This document shows positions 7,949 through 17,089 of a stretch of DNA of 24,000 nt, in pieces. The stretch lies in assembly GCA_026392535.1 (NCBI GenBank), contig JAPLBX010000078.1, forward strand, positions 13,938 through 37,937, written 5' to 3'. The notes below the pieces were generated by a model. It made no database searches and was not told the origin of the DNA. It worked only from the letters and a program-made list of their open reading frames with translations. The stretch's first letter is position 1. The number at the start of each line of letters is the position of its first letter. This DNA comes from Actinomycetota bacterium. Its GTDB lineage: Bacteria; Actinomycetota; Actinomycetes; S36-B12; UBA5976. The translations under genes and the position numbers were made by a program.

Positions 7949-10900
7949 ATGGTTGACGACAGAGATGATGGCGCAAGCAAGGTTGTAATTAGTCTTGCAA
8001 GTGTTGAGAACATTCGTAAATGGTCACACGGTGAAGTTAAGAAACCAGAGACCATTAACTACCGCACACTCAAGCCAGAGAAAGACGGCTTGTTCTGCGA
8101 AAAGATCTTCGGTCCTACCAAAGACTGGGAATGTAACTGCGGTAAGTACAAGCGCGTACGCTTCAAAGGTATCGTTTGTGAACGCTGTGGTGTTGAAGTG
8201 ACCCGTTCAAAAGTTCGTCGCGATCGCATGGGTCACATCGAACTTGCAGCACCTGTAACTCACATCTGGTACTTCAAGGGTGTTCCTAGCCGTCTTGGTT
8301 ACTTGCTTGATGTTGCACCAAAAGACTTAGAAAAAGTTATCTACTTCGCCGCTTACATGGTTACACATGTAGACGTTGATGGTCGCCACGAACATCTTCC
8401 ACGTCTTGAATCAGAACTTGGCAAGCGCACAAAGCGTTTAGCTGAAAAGCGTGACGTTGAAATCGCTGCTCGTAGTGAAAAGATGGAAGCAGACTTAGCT
8501 GAACTCGAAGCCGAAGGCGCAAAGAGCGACGTCAAGCGCAAAGTTCGCGAAGGTGGCGAACGCGACATGGCTGCCACTCGCAAAAACTACGACACCGAAA
8601 TCGATCGAATTCAAAAGATTTTCGATCGCTTTAAGAATCTTAAGGTCCAAGACCTTGAAGGTGACGACAAGCTATACCGTTCAATGCGTACCGAATACGG
8701 TAATTGGTTTGAAGGCAGCATGGGTGCTGCAGCAATCCAAAAGCGCCTAGAAACTTTTGACCTTGATGCAGAAGAAGCGAAACTAAAAGAAATCGTTACA
8801 ACTGCTAAGGGTGCAAAGAAGATTCGTGCATTGAAGCGAATTGCAATTGTTCAATCATTTACTCAAACCACAAACGAACCTAAGTCAATGGTTCTTGAAG
8901 CGGTTCCAGTTATGCCACCAGACCTACGTCCAATGGTGCAACTAGATGGTGGACGTTTTGCGACTTCAGATCTAAACGATCTTTACCGCCGCGTCATCAA
9001 CCGCAACATTCGTTTGAAGCGTTTGCTTGATTTGAATGCACCAGAAATTATCGTTAATAACGAAAAGCGTATGCTTCAAGAATCTGTTGACGCATTGTTT
9101 GCTAACGGTCGCCGCGGTCGCGCAGTAACCGGCACTGGTGGAAATCGTCCGCTTAAGTCTTTGTCTGACCTGCTTAAAGGTAAGCAAGGTCGTTTCCGTC
9201 AGAACTTGCTCGGAAAGCGCGTTGACTACTCAGGTCGTTCAGTTATCGTGGTTGGTCCACAGCTGAAACTTCACCAATGTGGTCTTCCAAAACAAATGGC
9301 ACTTGAATTGTTTAAGCCATTCGTTATGAAGCGCCTTGTTGATCTAAGCCACGCACAAAATATCAAGAGTGCAAAGCGCATGGTTGAACGTTCGAACACC
9401 GCAACCTCAATTGTTTGGGACGTTTTGGAAGAAGTAATTACTGAACATCCAGTATTACTAAACCGCGCACCAACTTTGCACCGTTTGGGTATTCAAGCTT
9501 TCGAACCTAAGTTGATCGAAGGAAAAGCAATCCAGATTCACCCACTTGTATGTACTGCATTCAACGCAGACTTCGACGGTGACCAGATGGCTGTTCACGT
9601 TCCACTTAGTGCCGAAGCACAAGCTGAAGCCCGCATCTTGATGCTTTCTTCAAACAACATCTTGTCGCCAGCAAGCGGTAAGCCAATCACCACTCCTACA
9701 CAGGACATGGTTCTTGGTATCTACCACCTAACTGGTCACGCTGATAAGGGTGTTGGCGAAGGCCGCGCATTCACTGGTGTTGCTGAAGCAATCATGGCAT
9801 TCGATCTAAATGAACTTGGATTGCAATCACTAGTCAAGATTCGTTTGAACAACGTAGTTGTCGACGGAACTGCTTACGGTGAATCAGTAATTATTGAAAC
9901 CACGATTGGTCGCGCATTGTTCAACGATGCACTTCCTGCGGACTACAAGTTCGTAAACACAGTGGTTGACAAAAAGAAGTTGAGTGAAATCATTAACGAT
10001 TTGGCTGAGCGCTATCCAAAGGTTGCAGTTGCTGGAACCCTAGATTCACTAAAGGATCTTGGTTTCTACTGGGCAACTCGTTCTGGAGTATCAGTCGGTA
10101 TTGAAGACGTAATCGTGCCAATTGAAAAGGCAGAATTGCTAGCCGAAGCTGAAATTAAGGCTGCCAAGGCAGACTCAAACTTCGAACGCGGCATCATTTC
10201 TGAATCAGAACGTCGCGAACAATTGGTAGCGATCTGGACCAAAGCAACAGACGATATTGCTGACAAGATGGAAGCGAACTTCACAGGTTCAACAAATCCA
10301 GTTTGGCAGATGGCTGCATCCGGCGCTCGAGGCAACATGCTTCAGGTTCGTCAGCTTGCAGGTATGCGTGGTTTGGTGACAAACACCAAGGGTGAAATTA
10401 TTCCGCGTCCGATTAAGTCGAACTTCCGTGAAGGTCTTTCGATGTTGGAGTACTTCATTTCTTCTTACGGTGCACGTAAGGGTCTTGCAGACACCGCACT
10501 TCGTACCGCAGATGCTGGTTACCTAACTCGTCGTCTAGTTGACGTTTCCCAAGACGTAATCATTCGTGAATTTGATTGCGAAACTGAAAGCGGAGTTATC
10601 AAGACCATTGGTACTGATAAAGACGGTAAAGTTTCAAAGCACAAGAACGCAGAAGCAGCAGTTGTTTCTCGCACATTGGCTGAAGCAGTTAAAGACGCAA
10701 GCGGTAACGTAATTGCTAACGCAAATGAATACGTAACTGTTGAAACTCTTGACAGTTTTGTTGCAGCCGGCGTACTTGAAATCAAAGTTCGTTCAGTTCT
10801 TACATGCCGCAGCAAGTTAAGCGTTTGCGGAATGTGCTACGGAAAGAGCCTTGCTACAAACCGTCCAGTTGAAATTGGTGAAGCAGTCGGAATCATCGCT

Positions 10901-11860
10901 GCACAATCAATTGGTGAACCAGGAACTCAGCTAACAATGCGTACTTTCCACACCGGTGGTGTGGTTGGTGCCGGTGGTACTCGTGACATTACTCACGGTC
11001 TGCCACGCGTTGTTGAACTTTTCGAAGCTCGCGATCCAAAAGGTAAAGAATTCCTCAGCGATTTCGATGGCATCGTAAAGATTGAATATGGCGAGAAAGT
11101 AAATATTCTTTCTATCGTTCCTGATTACGAAACTGACAAGAAGCCTTTGAAGCACAAGATTCTTAAGCGTGACTTCGATGGCAAGATTCTTGTTCAAGAT
11201 GGCGAACATGTTTCAACCGGTCAGCAGTTGACTAAGGGAATCCGCGATGCGAAGGATGTACTTGCATACTTCAACTCACGTGACACCCAAGACTTCTTAA
11301 TCGATCAGGTTCAAGATGTTTACCGCGGTCAGGGTCAGAGCATCCACGACAAGCACATCGAAGTAATCGTGCGCCAAATGTTGCGCCGTGTTGTTATCAC
11401 CGATCAAGGTGACAGCAACTACCTCGAAGGTGATTACGTTGATTCACTCGAATTGCGTTTGGTTAACGAAGAACTTCGTGCCGAAGGTAAGAAGACTGCA
11501 TCAGGACGTAACGAACTTATGGGTATCACGAAGGCATCACTTGCAACCAACTCTTGGTTGTCAGCTGCTTCCTTCCAAGAAACTACAAAGGTTCTTACAA
11601 CTGCAGCCCTCAAGCAACGCACTGACAATTTGCTTGGTCTGAAGGAAAACGTAATCTTGGGTAACTTGATCCCAGCTGGTACTGGCTTGGCCAACTACCG
11701 CGATGTGGTTGTTGAACCAACTGAAGAAGCAAAGGCTGCGATGTACGCAAGCCGCAGCTCCTACGCAGATGATTATGGCGACGGTGGCTTCGGCCAAGGC
11801 TCAGGAGAAGCGATTCCTCTGGACGATCTTCGCCTGACCAACTCACGCGATTACTACTAA
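7949..11860 (+). CDS. rpoC: DNA-directed RNA polymerase subunit beta'
   Basis: 1303 aa. Has the zinc-binding [23 protein letters not shown], the catalytic [12 protein letters not shown], and [33 protein letters not shown] lies 8 nt upstream of the ATG. Confidence 0.98.
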   Translation: MVDDRDDGASKVVISLASVENIRKWSHGEVKKPETINYRTLKPEKDGLFCEKIFGPTKDWECNCGKYKRVRFKGIVCERCGVEVTRSKVRRDRMGHIELAAPVTHIWYFKGVPSRLGYLLDVAPKDLEKVIYFAAYMVTHVDVDGRHEHLPRLESELGKRTKRLAEKRDVEIAARSEKMEADLAELEAEGAKSDVKRKVREGGERDMAATRKNYDTEIDRIQKIFDRFKNLKVQDLEGDDKLYRSMRTEYGNWFEGSMGAAAIQKRLETFDLDAEEAKLKEIVTTAKGAKKIRALKRIAIVQSFTQTTNEPKSMVLEAVPVMPPDLRPMVQLDGGRFATSDLNDLYRRVINRNIRLKRLLDLNAPEIIVNNEKRMLQESVDALFANGRRGRAVTGTGGNRPLKSLSDLLKGKQGRFRQNLLGKRVDYSGRSVIVVGPQLKLHQCGLPKQMALELFKPFVMKRLVDLSHAQNIKSAKRMVERSNTATSIVWDVLEEVITEHPVLLNRAPTLHRLGIQAFEPKLIEGKAIQIHPLVCTAFNADFDGDQMAVHVPLSAEAQAEARILMLSSNNILSPASGKPITTPTQDMVLGIYHLTGHADKGVGEGRAFTGVAEAIMAFDLNELGLQSLVKIRLNNVVVDGTAYGESVIIETTIGRALFNDALPADYKFVNTVVDKKKLSEIINDLAERYPKVAVAGTLDSLKDLGFYWATRSGVSVGIEDVIVPIEKAELLAEAEIKAAKADSNFERGIISESERREQLVAIWTKATDDIADKMEANFTGSTNPVWQMAASGARGNMLQVRQLAGMRGLVTNTKGEIIPRPIKSNFREGLSMLEYFISSYGARKGLADTALRTADAGYLTRRLVDVSQDVIIREFDCETESGVIKTIGTDKDGKVSKHKNAEAAVVSRTLAEAVKDASGNVIANANEYVTVETLDSFVAAGVLEIKVRSVLTCRSKLSVCGMCYGKSLATNRPVEIGEAVGIIAAQSIGEPGTQLTMRTFHTGGVVGAGGTRDITHGLPRVVELFEARDPKGKEFLSDFDGIVKIEYGEKVNILSIVPDYETDKKPLKHKILKRDFDGKILVQDGEHVSTGQQLTKGIRDAKDVLAYFNSRDTQDFLIDQVQDVYRGQGQSIHDKHIEVIVRQMLRRVVITDQGDSNYLEGDYVDSLELRLVNEELRAEGKKTASGRNELMGITKASLATNSWLSAASFQETTKVLTTAALKQRTDNLLGLKENVILGNLIPAGTGLANYRDVVVEPTEEAKAAMYASRSSYADDYGDGGFGQGSGEAIPLDDLRLTNSRDYY

Positions 11861-11870
11861 AAACCAACTA

Positions 11871-11904
11871 AGAAGGCCCCCGGGGAACCGGGGGCCTTCT
11901 TTTT
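11871..11904 (+). terminator. Strong intrinsic terminator after rpoC
   Basis: 13-bp perfect stem AGAAGGCCCCCGG 11871-11883 pairs with CCGGGGGCCTTCT 11888-11900, with a GGAA loop. It runs into TTTTT (11900-11904) and starts 10 nt after the rpoC stop. Confidence 0.9.
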
Positions 11905-11940
11905 ACATAGAGCCAGCGGATTAAATAGTCCAGCGGCTCT

Positions 11941-11973
11941 TCCCTATATATAGGAGTTTTCTCTATATAAAGG
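11941..11973 (+). repeat. Two TATA-like direct repeats (TCYCTATATAWAGG), offset 19 nt; possible promoter -10 elements or an operator
   Basis: TCCCTATATATAGG at 11941-11954 and TCTCTATATAAAGG at 11960-11973 match at 12 of 14 positions. This is the only strongly AT-rich patch in the spacer. Confidence 0.6.
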
Positions 11974-11975
11974 TG

Positions 11976-12413
11976 TGTTTTCACCCACATGAGTGCAAAG
12001 CCCAATCTGGCAAAATCTGGCCAATTTGATGGCTTAACCTCCCGATCCAAGGCAAAAGTGGACCCGGGGCAGGGGAGTTTTCGGCGTGTCGGGGCTGGAA
12101 ATGAGGTTGGAAGCGGGTCTGTTTGCCTAATCTGCCGCCACGGCATTCCGCTTCGCGGACCTTCCTGGTTTTGGGCCGGATAACTCGTTTTGCAATTCAC
12201 AAGCCTCATCCACTACTTTCACCGCCTGAGCCCGGCTCCTACCGGGTCTTGCCTGTGCGTATGCCAGGCCAAGACATTTCACGCATAAATGTGTGTGCGA
12301 ATCTCTGATGAGATTGCAACACACCCGACCGCGTGGGTGGGAGAAGTGCAAGGAACAAAACCAACACGGTGAGAATAAAAAATGTTTTCACCACCAAGAC
12401 ATGGAGTACGTGA
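11976..12413 (+). other. Unassigned GC-rich noncoding region upstream of rpsL; candidate structured 5' leader or ncRNA
   Basis: No credible ORF: the ORFs present use GGG, CCC, CCG and CGG codons that the neighbouring genes avoid. The core 12031-12180 has 92 of 150 G+C by hand count. Many hairpins can be drawn by hand (12231-12246, 12248-12273, 12274-12292, 12291-12324, 12325-12340, 12368-12392), plus a long-range helix 12032-12041/12103-12114. Confidence 0.4.
12190..12219 (+). promoter_or_regulatory. Candidate str-operon promoter (TTGCAA-N18-TACTTT)
   Basis: -35-like TTGCAA at 12190-12195, an 18-nt spacer, and TACTTT at 12214-12219 (TAnnnT), overlapping TTCACC at 12218-12223. It would give a structured leader of about 190 nt. 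Confidence 0.25.
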
Positions 12414-12788
12414 GTGCCAACAATTCAACAGCTGGTCCGTAAAGGTCGCCAGAGTAAAGTTGTAAAAAGCAAGACACCTGCATTGAAGGGTTCACCTCAA
12501 CGCCGTGGTGTGTGTACACGTGTGTACACAACTACACCAAAGAAACCAAACTCTGCATTGCGCAAAGTTGCACGCGTTCGTTTGACATCAGGTATGGAAA
12601 TAACTGCGTACATTCCAGGTGAAGGTCACAACTTGCAAGAACACAGCATCGTGCTTGTTCGTGGCGGTCGTGTAAAAGATCTTCCAGGTGTTCGTTACAA
12701 AATCGTTCGTGGATCACTAGATACACAAGGTGTTAAGAATCGTAAACAATCACGTAGCCGTTATGGTGCAAAGAAGGTGAAGGGCTAA
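12414..12788 (+). CDS. rpsL: 30S ribosomal protein S12
   Basis: 124 aa. Contains [12 protein letters not shown] and [39 protein letters not shown] start, with GGAG at 12403-12406 lying 7 nt upstream. Confidence 0.98.
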   Translation: MPTIQQLVRKGRQSKVVKSKTPALKGSPQRRGVCTRVYTTTPKKPNSALRKVARVRLTSGMEITAYIPGEGHNLQEHSIVLVRGGRVKDLPGVRYKIVRGSLDTQGVKNRKQSRSRYGAKKVKG

Positions 12789-13258
12789 TGCCACGTAAAG
12801 GTCCAGCTCCAAAACGTCCACTAGTTGTAGATCCAGTTTATGCATCACAACTTGTGACTCAATTGGTTAACAAAGTTTTGCTAGATGGTAAGAAGTCAAC
12901 TGCAGAAGCAATCGTTTACGGTGCTCTTGAAGGTTGCCGCGAAAAATCTGGTATTGATCCAGTTCTTACTTTGAAAAAAGCACTAGACAACATCAAACCA
13001 ACTCTTGAAGTTCGTAGCCGTCGTGTTGGTGGCGCTACTTACCAAGTTCCAGTTGAAGTTAAGCCTGCTCGCGCAGTAACACTTTCACTTCGTTGGTTGC
13101 TTACATACTCACGCGCACGTCGCGAAAAGACAATGACCGAACGTTTGATGAATGAAATTCTTGATGCATCAAATGGACTTGGCGCAGCTGTAAAGAAGCG
13201 CGAAGACACCCACAAAATGGCAGAAGCTAACAAGGGTTTTGCACATTACCGCTGGTAA
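12788..13258 (+). CDS. rpsG: 30S ribosomal protein S7
   Basis: 156 aa. Contains [18 protein letters not shown] and [17 protein letters not shown]. The start overlaps the rpsL stop (TAATG). Confidence 0.98.
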   Translation: MPRKGPAPKRPLVVDPVYASQLVTQLVNKVLLDGKKSTAEAIVYGALEGCREKSGIDPVLTLKKALDNIKPTLEVRSRRVGGATYQVPVEVKPARAVTLSLRWLLTYSRARREKTMTERLMNEILDASNGLGAAVKKREDTHKMAEANKGFAHYRW

Positions 13259-13294
13259 ACGAAAACACACACGAGAAGTAACGGAGCTATAGAA

Positions 13295-15388
13295 GTGTCA
13301 GCCGACCTCGCCTTGACCCGAAACATCGGGATTATGGCGCACATCGACGCGGGTAAGACCACCACGACTGAGCGCATCCTTTTTTACACCGGTATCAACT
13401 ACAAGATCGGTGAAGTTCACGATGGCGCAGCCACCATGGACTGGATGGAACAGGAACAAGAGCGCGGCATCACTATTACTTCTGCAGCAACCACATGTAT
13501 TTGGGATAACCACACAATCAACATCATTGACACACCAGGCCACGTTGACTTCACAGTTGAAGTAGAACGTTCGTTGCGGGTTCTCGATGGTGCGGTTGCA
13601 GTTTTCGACGGTGTTGCTGGTGTTGAACCACAATCCGAAACCGTTTGGCGTCAAGCTGACAAATACAACGTTCCACGTATTTGCTTCGTAAACAAGCTAG
13701 ACCGTACTGGTGCAGATTTCTACATGTGCGTTGACACTATTCGCACTCGCCTTGGTGCAACCGCTGCCGTTATCCAAATTCCAATTGGCGCAGAATTGGA
13801 TTTCAAAGGTGTAGTTGACCTAGTTGAAATGCGCGCACTTGTTTGGCCAGAAGACACCAAAAAAGGTGAGGACTACAACGTAGAAGAAATTCCTGCGGAC
13901 CTAAAAGCAAAAGCTGATGAATACCACCAAGCATTGCTAGAAGTTATTGCAGATGCTGACGATATTTTCGCGGAACTTTTCTTGGATGAAAAATTCACAA
14001 CCCAAGATGTTAAAGAAGCAATTCGTCGCGCAACACTTGCTGACAAGATCACACCAGTTCTAACTGGTTCTGCATTTAAGAACAAGGGTGTTCAACCAAT
14101 GTTGGATGCAGTTGTTGATTACTTGCCATCACCACTTGACGTTAGTTCAACTTGGGGCTTCAAGCCAGACAACGAAGAAGTAAAGATTGAACGCCATCCT
14201 TCAGATGACGAACCACTATCTGCACTTGCATTCAAAATTGCTTCAGATCCACATTTGGGTAAATTGACTTACGTTCGTATCTACTCAGGTCGCCTTGATG
14301 CTGGATCACAAGTTCTTAACTCAACAAAAGATCGCAAAGAGCGAATCGGCAAGATTTACCGAATGCATGCAAACAAGCGTGAAGAAATTGCAAGCGTTGG
14401 CGCTGGCGACATCATCGCTGTTATGGGTTTGAAAGACACCACAACTGGCGAAACCCTTTGTGATCCAAGCAAGCCAATCGTGCTTGAATCAATGAGCTTC
14501 CCAGCACCAGTTATTCAGGTTGCAATTGAACCTAAGACAAAAGGTGACCAAGAAAAACTTGGTATTGCAATCCAACGTCTTGCTGAAGAAGATCCAACAT
14601 TTAAAGTTTTCACTGATGAAGAAACCGGACAGACCATCATCGCTGGTATGGGCGAACTTCACCTTGAAATTCTTGTAGACCGTATGCGTCGTGAATTCAA
14701 GGTTGAAGCTAACGTTGGTAAGCCACAAGTTGCTTACCGCGAAACCATCACCAAGAAAGTTGAAAAGGTCGAATACACCCACAAGAAACAATCAGGTGGT
14801 TCAGGTCAGTTCGCAGCAGTCATCATTGATATTGAACCAACTGGCCCAGCTGTTGGCGGCCCTGGCGGATATGAATTCGCTAATGGCGTCACAGGTGGCC
14901 GCATTCCTCGCGAATACATCCCATCAGTGGATGCAGGTTGCAAGGATGCAATGGAATACGGCATCTTGGCCGGATACCCATTGGTTGACGTCAAAGTTAC
15001 GCTACAAGACGGTAAGTACCACGACGTGGACTCATCTGAATTAGCGTTCAAAATCGCAGGATCGATGGCTTTCAAGGAAGCTGCTCGTCGTGCGAACCCT
15101 GTCCTTCTGGAACCAATGATGGCTGTTGAAGTTATCACTCCAGAGGAGTTCATGGGCGACGTGATCGGCGACCTTAACTCTCGTCGTGGCCAAATCCAGG
15201 CCATGGACGAAAGAGCTGGCGCTCGCGTCGTCAAAGCGCTGGTTCCACTATCGGAGATGTTCGGCTACGTCGGCGATCTTCGTAGTAAGACCCAGGGTCG
15301 AGCCAACTATTCGATGGTCTTCGACTCTTACGCGCAGGTCCCGTCAAACGTAGCGACTGAAATCATCGCGAAGTCACGGGGCGAATGA
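13295..15388 (+). CDS. fusA: Elongation factor G
   Basis: 697 aa. GTPase motifs [23 protein letters not shown] and NKLD. GTG start, with ACGGAG upstream. Confidence 0.98.
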   Translation: MSADLALTRNIGIMAHIDAGKTTTTERILFYTGINYKIGEVHDGAATMDWMEQEQERGITITSAATTCIWDNHTINIIDTPGHVDFTVEVERSLRVLDGAVAVFDGVAGVEPQSETVWRQADKYNVPRICFVNKLDRTGADFYMCVDTIRTRLGATAAVIQIPIGAELDFKGVVDLVEMRALVWPEDTKKGEDYNVEEIPADLKAKADEYHQALLEVIADADDIFAELFLDEKFTTQDVKEAIRRATLADKITPVLTGSAFKNKGVQPMLDAVVDYLPSPLDVSSTWGFKPDNEEVKIERHPSDDEPLSALAFKIASDPHLGKLTYVRIYSGRLDAGSQVLNSTKDRKERIGKIYRMHANKREEIASVGAGDIIAVMGLKDTTTGETLCDPSKPIVLESMSFPAPVIQVAIEPKTKGDQEKLGIAIQRLAEEDPTFKVFTDEETGQTIIAGMGELHLEILVDRMRREFKVEANVGKPQVAYRETITKKVEKVEYTHKKQSGGSGQFAAVIIDIEPTGPAVGGPGGYEFANGVTGGRIPREYIPSVDAGCKDAMEYGILAGYPLVDVKVTLQDGKYHDVDSSELAFKIAGSMAFKEAARRANPVLLEPMMAVEVITPEEFMGDVIGDLNSRRGQIQAMDERAGARVVKALVPLSEMFGYVGDLRSKTQGRANYSMVFDSYAQVPSNVATEIIAKSRGE

Positions 15389-15434
15389 CGCGCGGGCGTG
15401 AAAACGCCCATGCCCCCAAAGGAAGAAACCCAGA

Positions 15435-15456
15435 TTTACAGCGCCCGGGCTGTAAA
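15435..15456 (+). other. 8-bp hairpin in the fusA-tuf spacer (no U tract)
   Basis: TTTACAGC 15435-15442 pairs with GCTGTAAA 15449-15456, loop GCCCGG. A smaller hairpin GGGCG/CGCCC sits at 15394-15409. Function unknown; it could be a processing or stability element. Confidence 0.3.
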
Positions 15457-15481
15457 CATCAAGTAGGTCTTGGAGGACCAA

Positions 15482-16678
15482 GTGGCAAAAGCCAAATTCG
15501 AGCGGACTAAGCCGCACGTAAATATCGGCACCATCGGTCACATTGACCACGGTAAGACAACTCTTACCGCGGCAATTACCAAGGTGTTGCATGACGCATT
15601 CCCAGACGTCAATCCATTCACCCCATTCGATCAGATCGACAAGGCGCCTGAAGAACGCCAACGCGGTATTACTATTTCTATCGCACACGTCGAATATCAG
15701 ACCGAAGCACGTCACTATGCACACGTTGACTGCCCAGGCCACGCTGACTACATCAAGAACATGATTACTGGTGCAGCTCAGATGGACGGTGCAATTCTTG
15801 TTGTTGCTGCTACTGACGGCCCAATGCCACAGACAAAAGAACACGTTCTTTTGGCTCGACAGGTAGGCGTACCAGCAATCGTTGTTGCATTGAACAAGTG
15901 CGACATGGTTGATGACGAAGAAATTCTTGAATTAGTAGAAATGGAAGTTCGTGAACTTCTATCTCTTTACGAATTCCCTGGTGATGACATTCCTGTAGTT
16001 CGTGTAGCTGCATTCCCAGCACTTAACGGTGACGCTAAGTGGGGACAAACAGTTCTTGATCTGATGGCTGCTATTGACACTTACATCGTGACTCCTGTCC
16101 GTGAAGTTGATAAACCATTCCTTATGCCAGTTGAAGACGTCTTCACAATTACCGGTCGCGGTACCGTTGTAACTGGTCGTATCGAACGCGGAATCATCAA
16201 GGTCAACGAAGAAATCGAAATCGTTGGTATCCGTCCAGGTATTCCTGCAAAGACAACCGTTACTGGTGTTGAAATGTTCCGTAAGTTGCTCGATGAAGGT
16301 CAAGCTGGCGAAAACGTCGGTCTACTTCTTCGTGGTACCAAGCGTGAAGATGTTGAACGCGGTCAGGTTCTTTGCAAGCCAGGTTCAGTGACTCCTCACA
16401 CAAACTTCGAAGCTCAGGCTTACATCCTTTCAAAGGACGAAGGCGGACGTCACACTCCTTTCTTCAACAACTACCGTCCACAGTTCTACTTCCGTACAAC
16501 TGACGTAACTGGTGTTGTTACTTTGCCTGCAGGCCGCGAAATGGTTATGCCTGGCGACAATACTGAAATGAGTGTTGAACTAATTCACCCAATCGCAATG
16601 GAAGACGGACTTAAGTTCGCAATCCGCGAAGGTGGACGCACTGTTGGCGCAGGTCGCGTCACCAAGATCACTAAGTAG
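15482..16678 (+). CDS. tuf: Elongation factor Tu
   Basis: Contains [18 protein letters not shown] and NKCD, and resembles actinobacterial EF-Tu along its whole length. The track start TTG 15470 was replaced by GTG 15482, which follows GGAGGA. The N-terminus [16 protein letters not shown] is canonical. Confidence 0.98.
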   Translation: MAKAKFERTKPHVNIGTIGHIDHGKTTLTAAITKVLHDAFPDVNPFTPFDQIDKAPEERQRGITISIAHVEYQTEARHYAHVDCPGHADYIKNMITGAAQMDGAILVVAATDGPMPQTKEHVLLARQVGVPAIVVALNKCDMVDDEEILELVEMEVRELLSLYEFPGDDIPVVRVAAFPALNGDAKWGQTVLDLMAAIDTYIVTPVREVDKPFLMPVEDVFTITGRGTVVTGRIERGIIKVNEEIEIVGIRPGIPAKTTVTGVEMFRKLLDEGQAGENVGLLLRGTKREDVERGQVLCKPGSVTPHTNFEAQAYILSKDEGGRHTPFFNNYRPQFYFRTTDVTGVVTLPAGREMVMPGDNTEMSVELIHPIAMEDGLKFAIREGGRTVGAGRVTKITK

Positions 16679-16692
16679 TTATTTGATCTCCC

Positions 16693-16726
16693 GTTTGTTG
16701 GGGGAAGGAAACTTCCCCCAACAAAC
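16693..16726 (+). terminator. 14-bp hairpin after tuf (terminator-like, no U tract)
   Basis: GTTTGTTGGGGGAA 16693-16706 pairs perfectly with TTCCCCCAACAAAC 16713-16726, loop GGAAAC. It starts 15 nt after the tuf stop. The following sequence is CA-rich, not T-rich. Confidence 0.55.
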
Positions 16727-16767
16727 ACCAAACAACGCAACGGCAAACTAACAAAGGAATTATGAAG

Positions 16768-17076
16768 ATGGCGGGACAAAAAATCCGCATCAGACTCAAG
16801 GCATACGACCATGAGGTTATTGATTCATCTGCAAGAAAAATTGTAGAGACAGTAACTCGAACTGGTGCTCACGTTGCTGGTCCGGTGCCGTTGCCAACCG
16901 AGAAGAACATTTTTTGTGTGATTCGTTCTCCTCACAAATACAAAGATAGCCGTGAGCATTTCGAAATGCGTACACACAAACGGTTAATTGACATTCTTGA
17001 CCCAACACCGAAGACAGTTGATTCGCTTATGCGTCTTGACCTTCCTGCTGGCGTCGACATCGAGATCAAGCTTTAA
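16768..17076 (+). CDS. rpsJ: 30S ribosomal protein S10
   Basis: [19 protein letters not shown] is the canonical S10 N-terminus. ATG 16768 is preferred over ATG 16762 because of its spacing to AAGGA at 16755-16759. Confidence 0.96.
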   Translation: MAGQKIRIRLKAYDHEVIDSSARKIVETVTRTGAHVAGPVPLPTEKNIFCVIRSPHKYKDSREHFEMRTHKRLIDILDPTPKTVDSLMRLDLPAGVDIEIKL

Positions 17077-17089
17077 GGGAACGATTGAT

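Noticed and set aside
4283-12106. 8- and 9-mers shared between the rpoB leader and the str spacer: CAAAATCTG (4410-4418 and 12011-12019) and AAATGAGG (4283-4290 and 12099-12106), suggesting homology
   Set aside because: For sequences of about 300 and 450 nt, roughly 2 shared 8-mers and 0.5 shared 9-mers are expected by chance. Their order and spacing differ between the two regions, so there is no evidence of real homology.
12129-12146. Possible mimic of the 16S 530-loop (GCCGCGGTAAT) in AATCTGCCGCCACGGCATT, as an S12-binding site
   Set aside because: The similarity is limited to short GC-rich fragments with indels, and it cannot be told apart from chance.
11989-12183. 64-aa + strand ORF (MSAKPNLAKSGQFDG...) inside the rpoC-rpsL spacer; could be a small protein or leader peptide
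   Set aside because: 4 of its 11 glycine codons are GGG, and it uses CCC, CCG, CGG and CGA, which the flanking highly expressed genes avoid (rpsL uses GGT, CCA and CGT almost exclusively). The only SD-like sequence (AAGG at 11970-11973) lies about 15 nt from the ATG. The peptide is G/S/R-rich with no recognisable domain. The ORF is more likely a by-product of GC-rich noncoding sequence. Ribosome profiling could overturn this.
11868-12351. Minus-strand ORFs 11868-12209 (113 aa) and 12127-12351 (74 aa), and + strand ORF 12123-12308 (61 aa)
   Set aside because: The 113-aa ORF reads straight through the rpoC terminator hairpin. All three are P/R/W/C-rich with atypical codons, lack an SD, and overlap one another. 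This fits random ORFs in GC-rich noncoding DNA.
11905-12413. Whether the spacer is a known housekeeping RNA (RNase P RNA, tmRNA, SRP/4.5S RNA, a tRNA)
   Set aside because: I found no RNase P P4 signature (GGAAAGTCCGG / ACAGAAxCCGGCTTA), no tmRNA tag-reading frame or tRNA-like end, no SRP GGAA/AGCA domain IV motif, and no GGTTCGAATCC-type T-loop on either strand. This was only an eye scan. cmscan would be decisive.
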